Positions 1-7,821 of a stretch of DNA of 40,325 nucleotides are shown here, piece by piece (within the stretch, counting starts at the first letter, position 1; each line of letters opens with the position of its first letter). A model generated the notes under the pieces. It was not told the origin of the DNA and made no database searches. It was given only the letters and a program-made list of their open reading frames with translations. Origin of the DNA: an uncultured Acidobacteriaceae bacterium (GTDB lineage: Bacteria > Acidobacteriota > Terriglobia > Terriglobales > Acidobacteriaceae); the NCBI GenBank assembly GCA_963762945.1, contig CAVXOO010000208.1, positions 1-40,325 of the forward strand, read 5' to 3'. The position numbers were made by a program, and so were the translations under genes.

Positions 1-898
1 ACATTCCGTTACCGTGTGTGCCCAGCACCAGGGCGCGATAAGCGGCCTCGGTCGAGTTTTCCTCGGGAACAGGCACGGGCGCAGCATGGAAGGGATCGAC
101 GACGACCAGATCCTCAGCAAAGGAGGCGGCCTGCGCAATCAATTCGCCGCGCGCGTCAAGCGCGAACGAGGAGCCGTCGAAGATGAGGCTGTCGTTGCCG
201 CCCACCTGATTCGACATGAGCACGGGAATGCCGTCGCGGCGAGCGATGGCGGCCAGCATCTCACGGCGGACGGCGCGCTTGTCATGCCAGAACGGCGATG
301 AAGAAAGGTTGATATGCACGGCCGGCTGCTGGCGCATCAGCTCTTCCATGGGATCGACGGCGTAGAGGCGGCGCGGCCAGAAGCTCTTGTCGTTCCAGGC
401 GTCTTCGCAGATGGTGACGGCGAGGCGCACGCCATCGAGTTCGACGACCTTCTGCGATTCGGCCGGCAGGAAGTAGCGCTGCTCGTCGAAGACGTCGTAA
501 AAGGGCAGGAGGCGTTTGTGCTGCTCAAGCAGTAGTTCGCCCTTATCGAGGAGGACAGCGGCGTTGAATGCCGGCTTCCACCCTGCCGGCGAAGACCGGC
601 CCACCGTGCGCTCCGGGTTTCGATCCTGGCTTCCATTGGGCAGCGCTACGCCGGCCAGAACAGCCGTGGGAAGATCGCGCGTGGCCGCGGCCAGTTCGTC
701 GACGGCCGTGCGGCAGCGGGCCAGGAAGCTGGGTTTCTCCAGGAGATCGGCGGGAGGGTATCCACAGATGGCAAGCTCGGAAAAGACGGCGAGGCGCGCG
801 CCGCGGTCTGCCGCGCGACGGCTGGCAGCGACGATCTTCGCAATATTTCCGGTGAAATCACCCACCGTTGGGTCGATCTGCGCTAATGCGATCTTCAC
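1..898 (-). CDS. nadE: Glutamine-dependent NAD+ synthetase, N-terminal part (runs off the left edge)
   Basis: Not in the ORF track because there is no stop in the window. Manual translation from GTG at 898 gives MKIALAQIDPTVGDFTGN...VFSELAICGYPPADLL...HKRLLPFYDVFDEQRYF...VTICEDAWNDK...EAAYRALVLGT. This is the nitrilase-fold E-K-C glutaminase domain leading into the synthetase domain. Confidence 0.92.
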   Translation of the reverse strand, partial: MKIALAQIDPTVGDFTGNIAKIVAASRRAADRGARLAVFSELAICGYPPADLLEKPSFLARCRTAVDELAAATRDLPTAVLAGVALPNGSQDRNPERTVGRSSPAGWKPAFNAAVLLDKGELLLEQHKRLLPFYDVFDEQRYFLPAESQKVVELDGVRLAVTICEDAWNDKSFWPRRLYAVDPMEELMRQQPAVHINLSSSPFWHDKRAVRREMLAAIARRDGIPVLMSNQVGGNDSLIFDGSSFALDARGELIAQAASFAEDLVVVDPFHAAPVPVPEENSTEAAYRALVLGTHGNGM

Positions 899-1039
899 AC
901 TTCCAGTGTAAATCGGGCGGAATGCGCGCCCGTAGCGTGGATGCGCCGGGCCGGAGTTTCATGGTTCCGGCAAAAGTTGAGGTTTCAGCCACCACTCTCT
1001 GATTCGAGGAGACTTGTGAGAGTCCCAGCCGGAGCAGAG

Positions 1040-1198
1040 GTATTCAGGCCGTTGCTTCCTGACCCTGGGGTTGACCTGTACCAGGTGGCGTCAAACGGGC
1101 GATCCGGCTCCCTCCCCAAAAGGGGGATTCCGTCGTCGGGAACCGCCGCTTAAACTCCCAATTGCAGAGCTTCACTCACAGGACGCCCCCCTTGAATT
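1040..1198 (-). ncRNA. Putative rod-shaped structured RNA, 6S (SsrS)-like
   Basis: By-eye pairing on the minus strand: TCCCC/GGGGA, GGTTCCC/GGGAGCC, TTAAGCGG/CCGTTTGA, CCTG/CAGG, ATTCAAGG/CCTGAAT. GGGAG...GCCACCTG flanks the central hairpin as in many 6S RNAs, and G-U pairs favour the minus strand. No covariance search was run. Confidence 0.45.
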
Positions 1199-1257
1199 AA
1201 TGATTCCTGAGGATTGGCACGAAGTATAAGAGCGGTAGGTTTGCCGGGGAGGATACC

Positions 1258-2809
1258 ATCGAAGCGCACAGGCGATTAGGCGACCTTTTAGTTAAGGCGA
1301 GGATGGTCAAGGAAGAGGACGTTGCCCGGGCGCTGGAACGCATGCGCACGCATGGTGGCCGCCTCGGCGACAACCTCGTGGCCCTGGAAGCCATCGATCA
1401 GCAGGCGCTGGAACGGTTTATCCATCGCATTCCCAAGGAACCGAAGAACATCGCCGAGACCGGCATTGAAGAAAGCGAACTGCTGGCTCTGCTGATGAAG
1501 GCGATTTATACCTTTGGGCTCAGTTCCGTCCCGCAATATACCGAAGCCATTAAACTAGCGCCGCAAATTGTGAACGACCTGACGCAGATTGCCATCGAGC
1601 GGCAATTGCTGTACACACTGGGGTCGCGCAACGGGCAAAATTCGATGGGCATCACCTACGCCATCACCGACGAGGGACGTCGCTGGACCGTGGAGGCGAT
1701 CAATCGTTCGGGGTATGTTGGGCCCGTGCCTGTGCCGCTGGAGGATTTTGTAGAGATGATGACTCTGCAGAAGCCGACCAATGAGCGCATTACCCCGGAG
1801 CGCATCCGCAATGCGGTCAAGGACCTGGTGCTCGAAGACGAGATCATGGAGCAAACCGGGCCGGCGCTGAATTCGGGCCGGGCGATTCTGCTTTATGGGG
1901 CCCCGGGAAACGGCAAGACCTCAGTGGCTCTCAGTTTCGCCAGCGTCTTTCACGATCTGATTTATGTGCCCTACGCCATTATGGTGGAAGGCCAGATCAT
2001 CCGCTACCACGACCCCCGCGTGCACATTCCCATCTGCCCGACGCCCGATTGCGCCGACGACAGCCAATCGTTTATCCGGCGCGAGACCTACGACATGCGC
2101 TGGCTCTCCTGCCGCAGGCCCTTCGTGATCACGGGCGGGGAACTGACGCTGGAAATGCTCGACATGCGCTACGACCGGGAGGGCCACTACTACGAAGCGC
2201 CGCTGCACATGAAGGCCCTGGGCGGCTGTTTCTTCATCGACGATTTCGGCCGCCAGCTGGTGAGCCCGGCCAATCTGCTCAATCGCTGGATCGTGCCGCT
2301 GGAGAACCGCGTTCGACTATCTGAAATTGCACACCGGCAAGACCTTCAGAATTCCCTTTGAAGAACTCGTCATCTTCTCCACCAACCTGGAGCCGGAAAG
2401 CCTGATGGATCCGGCCTTCCTGCGCCGCCTGCCTTACAAGATCGAAGTGAGTCCGCCGGATCTGGAACATTACCGGTCGATTTTCGAGAGGGAATGCGAG
2501 CGGCATGGCCTGACGCTGCGCGACGAGGTGTTCAATTTCATGGTGTACATGGTGAGGGAAGAGATGGGCATGGATCTTGCCGCCTATCACCCCAAATTCA
2601 TCCTCGATCAGGTAGTGGCAACCTGCCGGTTCCTGGGATTGATTCCCGAGCTCAAGTCGCCTTATATCGATTACGCCATCAAGAATCTGGGAGTCCGGAA
2701 GAATCTGAAAGCCCAAGCCGTACCTAATCCGGAGCCGGAGGGCGCGAACAAGAATCTGTGCATGGTTGAGAATGTAGAAGCCAGCGAAGAAGCGTCGCGG
2801 ATTTTCTAG
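1258..2809 (+). CDS. AAA+ ATPase with N-terminal MshEN-like domain; split by a +1 frameshift at ~2312
   Basis: ORFs 1303..2361 and 2327..2809 join (ENRVDYLKLHTGKTF) if one T is removed from GTTCGAC. Walker A is GAPGNGKT and Walker B is FFIDDFGR. The frame is open upstream to an SD (GGGGAGG, 1246-1252) and ATC at 1258, adding HRRLGDLLVKAR. Confidence 0.75.
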
Positions 2810-2910
2810 GGCAATTCTTCTATCTAATTCTGAACCGTTTTAAGCCTGGAATCGCTCTGAAACCCGACAATCGAAGGTGGCTCTTTGTGTCGGCCCACAC
2901 CCCCGGCGGA

Positions 2911-4429
2911 TTATGAGCCGGTGCCGGAGAAGACCACTGCGATCGTACGCATGATGATCTTGAAGTCCAGCCAGATACTCCAGTTTTCAATATAGGTAAC
3001 GTCCAGCGAGACGTAGCTGTCGAAGGATGGATCCTGGCGGCCCTGCACCTGCCACAGGCCGGTAATGCCCGGAGTGACGTCGAGGCGGCGCAGATGGCTG
3101 AGGTTATACCTACGCACTTCGCCAGCCAGGGGTGGCCGCGGGCCCACAATGCTCATGTCGCCGCTCAAAACGTTAAAGAACTGGGGCAGCTCGTCCAGGG
3201 AATACTTGCGCAGGAAGCGTCCCAGGCGGGTGATGCGGGGGTCGTTTGAGATCTTGAACAGCACGCCGTCGCGCTCGTTCATGTGCATGATCTCGGCGCG
3301 GCGCCTATCGGCGTCGCGCACCATGGTGCGGAACTTGATGCAGCGGAAGACCACGCCTTTTTTGCCGATGCGCTCGGAAGCGTAGAAGACCGGGCCTGGC
3401 GAATCGATCTTGATCGCAATGGCGACTGCCACCAGCAGGGGCGCAATGGCGATCAGAGCCAGGACGGAAAAAACCGAATCGAAGACACGCTTGAAGAAAA
3501 GCCCGAGTTCGGGCACTTCGCCGCGGTGCAGCGGCATGGTGGGGAACTGGCCAATGTACTCGATGCCGGTGCCGCAGGCCATGCCGTCGAACATCTCGGG
3601 AACCACGCGAAGATCCACGCCATAAGTGCGAGCCTGCTCCAGCACGTCCTGCACGATTCTGCGTTCGCAGGGCGAGGAAAAGAAGATCTCGTTGAACAAA
3701 ATGCTTGCGGGTGTTCTGGAAGAGGGAATCGAGCGTACCGACGACGTCTTGCTCAACTCCTGCGATGTGGGATACCGGGCCGGGAAGCTCGATGAAGCCT
3801 TTGAAGGTATATCCCAGATGTTTGATGCTGTCGAGATGGTGGCGAAGAGCCTGTGCCTCCATGCCGGTGCCGACTATGAGCACGTTGCGCGTATCCAAAC
3901 CGCGGTCGAAACGCCGATAGAGGAGTATGCGATAGACCAGCCGGCGCAGACCCAAGGCAACGGCGACCAGAAGAACGGTGGTGACCACGATGATGCGGGG
4001 AATATCGTTGGCGTGCGCGACGTAGAGCGTCCCCGTCAGCAGCAGACCTGAAGTGAAACATGCTTGCGCGCTGAGCCTTTGTTCGTGCAGGAAATTGGTA
4101 AGCCGTGCCGGCGTGTATAAGTGCATGCGGCGGCTGGTAATCACCAGCGTGAAAGCGAAGCCGCACACCATCGCGAGCAACGTCCACATGGAACGGCCGT
4201 TAATCAGGGTGCCGTGCCAGAATCCCCGGGCTTCGTCGATGGGAGTCGAGTGAAACTTGATGATGGTGGCCACGGCTGCGGCGACGATCACCGTGAGGAT
4301 ATCGAGGAAAACCCAAAGCCTTATCGCCCCGCGCGAGCTGCGCGTGGGGCTGCCCGAAACACCGGATTCCCATTCGGCAGACAAGGCCAGGGAAGTTGAT
4401 AGCCTCTGCCAAAAATCCGAACTCGCCAT
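2911..4429 (-). CDS. Priming glycosyltransferase (undecaprenyl-phosphate sugar phosphotransferase, WcaJ/WbaP family); +1 frameshift at ~3695
   Basis: N-terminal TM region plus NVLIVGTG (ORF 3305..4429) and C-terminal catalytic domain KRVFD, KFRTM, DPRITRLGRFLRKYSLDELPQ, GPRP, PGITGLWQV (ORF 2911..3756). The frames join as RKHFVNEIFF if one base is removed. Confidence 0.9.
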
Positions 4430-4832
4430 ATTTAAACGCAGACCTCAAACTTTCTTCAAGCGCGTCAACAGCGGGCTTGGGGGACATCCCAACACGAAAA
4501 AACACAATCCCAATCAACCCAGGGGAGACAAGGGTGGAACTCAGTGACTTCGAGGCCCTTTAAACAAAAAGAATGACTCTCTGCAAAGAACAGCTGCCGG
4601 CTCTTGAAAGCCCCTCACGTGGGGAATGCGTGAATTGCCGCCCCAGCGGATTCTGCACAATTCAAGCGCATTAAGCTTTTTTAAGCTTCGCCCACTCACG
4701 TAGCGAGCTGCAATAGAATTGCGAGACCGATGGGTTACGACAGGAGCAAGACCAGGTTACGGAACGGTCATCCGAGCATTCTCTTACTAGAGTGAATTTT
4801 ACCTTACCAACGTTACAAAAACAATAAACTCT

Positions 4833-5717
4833 TTATTCCGAGGGCAATACGTAAGCGTCAAGAGCCAAAAACTCCTGAATTTCAGGGGCTTGGGAGGCAA
4901 GGAATGCCTTAAGCGGACCAAAGAAAAGAGCCCTTCCCAGGTTCAGGAACAGGATGGTATCGGCCAGTTCGCGGGCGAAGCGGGTGTCGTGCGTGACCAC
5001 GATGCTGGTGAAGCCGAGCTGGCGCTGCAGCCGCTGAATGAGGCTGCCCACGCGGCGCGCAATCAGGGGATCGACCATGGTGGTGGGCTCGTCGTAGAGC
5101 ACCACCTCGGGCTGCGCGGCCAGGGCGCGCGCCATAGCCACCGCCCTCTTGCGGCCCGTGGACAGGCTGGCCGGCAATTCATTGGTTACATCCTCGGCGC
5201 CCACCAGGGCGATGAGCCGGTTGACGATCTGGTCGATCTGGCTATCGTCGAGGCCTCCGCGTTCGCGCAACGGGAAGGCCACATTCTCCCTCACGCTCAT
5301 CGAGTCGAACAAGGCGCCGTTCTGGAAGACCATGGTCACGCGTTTGCGGATGGCGCGCATCCCCTCTTCGCCGAGACTGGTAATCTCCTGGCCCTCGATG
5401 TGAATGGACCCGGAATCCGGCTTGAGAAAGCCCATCATCATGCGCAGCGAAACAGATTTTCCCACGCCGCTGCGGCCCAATATGCACAGGGTCTGGCCAC
5501 GATTGACCGAAAAACTGACCTCTTCGAGGATGGCCCGGCCATCAAAGGAGATCGAGACCCGATCAAACTGGATGATGGGATCGAGCGGCCTGGGTCCGGG
5601 CGGAGCAATGGAGGGCGGACCTTTGGAGTCCTCCAACTGCCCCAGCGCATCAAGCTCCTCTTTCAATGGTTCCAGAGGATCGGGTTGGGGATCGGGTTGG
5701 GAAAAAGCGTCCGGCAT
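4833..5717 (-). CDS. ABC transporter ATP-binding protein, MlaF/Mkl family
   Basis: Walker A GRSGVGKS, VFQNGALFDSMSVRENVAFPL, signature variant LSTGR, Walker B VLYDEPT, H-loop VVTHD. Confidence 0.88.
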   Translation of the reverse strand: MPDAFSQPDPQPDPLEPLKEELDALGQLEDSKGPPSIAPPGPRPLDPIIQFDRVSISFDGRAILEEVSFSVNRGQTLCILGRSGVGKSVSLRMMMGFLKPDSGSIHIEGQEITSLGEEGMRAIRKRVTMVFQNGALFDSMSVRENVAFPLRERGGLDDSQIDQIVNRLIALVGAEDVTNELPASLSTGRKRAVAMARALAAQPEVVLYDEPTTMVDPLIARRVGSLIQRLQRQLGFTSIVVTHDTRFARELADTILFLNLGRALFFGPLKAFLASQAPEIQEFLALDAYVLPSE

Positions 5718-5761
5718 ACCCTCCAGAACAGATTACGCGATGCGGCGGCCCTTGGACGACG

Positions 5762-5898
5762 CTGGCCCGCATTCCTCGCATGCGGCGAGGGCCTGTAGCG
5801 CCGGTCTCCTGACCGGCTGTAGCGGGCCCCGCAGGGTAGTCAGCGGTTGTAAAATAGGCCATTTCACTTGCCGTCGAGTCATCCGTCGGCAATGCGGC
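5762..5898. mobile_element. Degenerate MITE-like repeat, copy 1 (homologous to 21916..22059)
   Basis: Aligns colinearly with the 21.9-kb copy: GCCCGCATT...GCGGCGA...GCCGGTCTCC(T/A)GACCGGCTGTAGCGGG...CCCCGC...AAATAGGCC...TGCC(G/A)TCGAG...AATGCGG. Confidence 0.75.
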
Positions 5899-6628
5899 GG
5901 TAACGTCGCATCTGGAACGCCTCGGCCCGTTCGAGATCGGCCGGCGTATTCAGATTAAGGAACCAATGCACCGGCGGCCGGCCCTGCTGGTCCCAAACCT
6001 GGCCGGATTGGACAAGAATCTCTACGGCAACGCTGCGAAGAGGCTGCTCCAGGCATCGAGAAGCCGCCTGAAACGCGGTAAAACAGCCTTTTCGCCCTGC
6101 GTCGAGCTCGTTTTGCAGCACGCCGAGAGCCGCGCGGTCGATGACAACGGGAAAGGTTTGCGCAAATCCTGAAACCGAGGCAACGGTCACGGCGCTGCCT
6201 GTGATTCGCGCGTGGCGAAGAAGGAAAATCAGCAGGGAGGGTGGAAGAAGAGGCAAGTCGACAGGCAAGAAAATCGCATAACGCGTGGAAGTGGCGGCGA
6301 GTGCGGCGCAAATGCCGGATAGCGGACCGAGCCCCGGCGCGGCGTCTTCGATGACGGGCGCGAAGGCTTCAAGCGGTGCGCGCGCAGAGGGCTGAACGCC
6401 GGCGATCGCCCCCGGAAGGCCGGCTTGCTCGAGAATTGCAAGCGCGCGCTCAACCAAAGGCCTGCCCGCAAACTCGAGGAGCGCTTTGTCGCGGCCCATG
6501 CGGCTGGATTGGCCGCCTGCAAGAACGAAGCCGCCGGCGTCGGACTGCGACGGAGCGACAGGCGAATCGTGGTTGGGATCACGGAGGCGGATGGAGCCCG
6601 TGTGGGGGGTGCGAAAGTCAATCAACAT
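5879..6628 (-). CDS. mobA: Molybdenum cofactor guanylyltransferase
   Basis: VLAGGQSSRMGRDKA, GPLSGI, PVDLP and LNLNTPADL motifs. The nearest in-frame ATG is at 6628 inside an ABC-ATPase remnant; the ORF track starts at GTG 6694. Start uncertain. Confidence 0.88.
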   Translation of the reverse strand: MLIDFRTPHTGSIRLRDPNHDSPVAPSQSDAGGFVLAGGQSSRMGRDKALLEFAGRPLVERALAILEQAGLPGAIAGVQPSARAPLEAFAPVIEDAAPGLGPLSGICAALAATSTRYAIFLPVDLPLLPPSLLIFLLRHARITGSAVTVASVSGFAQTFPVVIDRAALGVLQNELDAGRKGCFTAFQAASRCLEQPLRSVAVEILVQSGQVWDQQGRPPVHWFLNLNTPADLERAEAFQMRRYRRIADG

Positions 6629-6804
6629 GCACAAAGCCACCGACTTGCCCACGCCGCTGCGACCATGAATGCAGAGGGTTTGGCCGCGATCCACATCAAA
6701 CTTCCGTCCTCCAGAACGCGGCGGCTGTCGGAGGCGATGCCGACCTGGCCGAGGGAGGTGAAGGGCTCCCGGGAGGGTTCCGCGTTGGAGGGAAAATCGG
6801 ACAT
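6583..6804 (-). pseudogene. Truncated, decayed MlaF-like ABC ATPase 5' fragment fused to mobA
   Basis: DRGQTLCIHGRSGVGKSVALCMLIDFRTPHTGSIRL aligns with NRGQTLCILGRSGVGKSVSLRMMMGFLKPDSGSIHI of the 4833..5717 ATPase. The upstream part (ORF 6622..6804, QVGIASDSRRVLED) aligns in another frame. Confidence 0.7.
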
Positions 6805-6856
6805 GGCCCAGATTCAGATTCCGCGGCGGGAGTAGAAAATCTAGAAATAACTCAGC

Positions 6857-7120
6857 CTATCGAATGTTCGCAGAGGGCAATTCATCGCCTGGATCGGGTA
6901 GGCGATCCGGGGTGTTGCGCAGAATCTCCAGGAAATCCACCTGATCCGCGCCTTGCGATCTCCGCTTGAAGAATGCTTCGGCGGTTTCCACCGAACTGAT
7001 CTTCTGCGCGACCGCGAGGGAGACCCACTGGTTCAGCGAAACGCCATCTTCTTCGGCGAGCTTTCGAGCTGCATTTCCCAGGGAGGGAGGTAGTTTGACC
7101 GGAATCGTTGCCTTATTCAT
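6857..7120 (-). CDS. Putative antitoxin, ribbon-helix-helix (HicB-like C-terminal type)
   Basis: 87 aa with RHH pattern VKLPPSL...LAEEDGVSLNQWVSLAVAQKI; 4-nt ATGA overlap with the PIN gene. Confidence 0.8.
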   Translation of the reverse strand: MNKATIPVKLPPSLGNAARKLAEEDGVSLNQWVSLAVAQKISSVETAEAFFKRRSQGADQVDFLEILRNTPDRLPDPGDELPSANIR

Positions 7121-7539
7121 TGCAGCACCTCCACTACAAAACTCGCGGGACTCACAACACGCAGGTGAAACCGTGAAGCGGCGGGAAGAAAATCCCTGAG
7201 ATTGTGCGTGACGATCACGTCCGCGCGCCCGTTGATCGCCGCGTCGAGCACCATCTCGTCATTCACGTCCTGCATCTGCGGTCTCCAGCGGTAGTAGACC
7301 TTGACTGGCTCAATGATAGCAGCAATTCCAATCAGGAAAGAGGCTGTGCGTTCCGGCGACATGCCATGAACGGCGCGCTGTTCGTCCCGTCCCAGCACAT
7401 CCTCATATTCCAGGAAAAGGGCCGGCGTGGCCAACATCTGAAACGAGCGGGCATAGGCCAACTGGAGCAGCCGGTTGCTGGCGCCATTTCGGCTGCGCAT
7501 CGCCGAGACAATCACGGAGGTGTCAAGAACGGCTCTCAT
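7117..7539 (-). CDS. PIN-domain putative toxin (VapC-like)
   Basis: MRAVLDTSVIVS start, acidic PIN residues in EYEDVL and DVNDEMVLDAA, and IVTHNLRDF. Confidence 0.88.
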   Translation of the reverse strand: MRAVLDTSVIVSAMRSRNGASNRLLQLAYARSFQMLATPALFLEYEDVLGRDEQRAVHGMSPERTASFLIGIAAIIEPVKVYYRWRPQMQDVNDEMVLDAAINGRADVIVTHNLRDFLPAASRFHLRVVSPASFVVEVLQ

Positions 7540-7781
7540 GGTGGCTGATCGCCCCAGGTATTCTCATCAAGATGACCGGTTGGGGTTCGTGGTCTCCGAC
7601 GCTTTCGCGAAATACGCCGAAGCATGGGACACTCAAAGTTTATGGCTTGGTCGAGGGTGGGCTACCGCCCAGTAACTTCCACCCATTGCCGCTTCTGGGC
7701 CCGTATATCTGCCAGTCCACAGCCCCAGCTACATACTGCATACTCACAAGTTCTACACATCCGCGATAATAGAACAGCGGT

Positions 7782-7816
7782 TGCCCCAGTCCTCGGCCTT
7801 GAGGAAACCTGGGGCA
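7782..7816. repeat. REP-like palindrome just downstream of the M20 peptidase
   Basis: TGCCCCAG...CCTC-GGCCTT-GAGG...CTGGGGCA nested inverted repeat. Confidence 0.55.
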
Positions 7817-7821
7817 CAAGT

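Noticed and set aside
900-1200. nadA-motif NAD+ riboswitch, SRP RNA or IscB/TnpB omega RNA
   Set aside because: I could not find their characteristic conserved sequences by eye and no nuclease gene is adjacent; kept only as a generic 6S-like candidate.
1215-1232. TGGCACG as a sigma-54 promoter for the ATPase
   Set aside because: The -24 box is good, but the -12 position reads ATAA instead of TTGC.
1303-4429. ATPase and priming glycosyltransferase as true pseudogenes or programmed frameshifts
   Set aside because: Each has a single extra base with otherwise intact motifs and no slippery heptamer; sequencing error is simpler.
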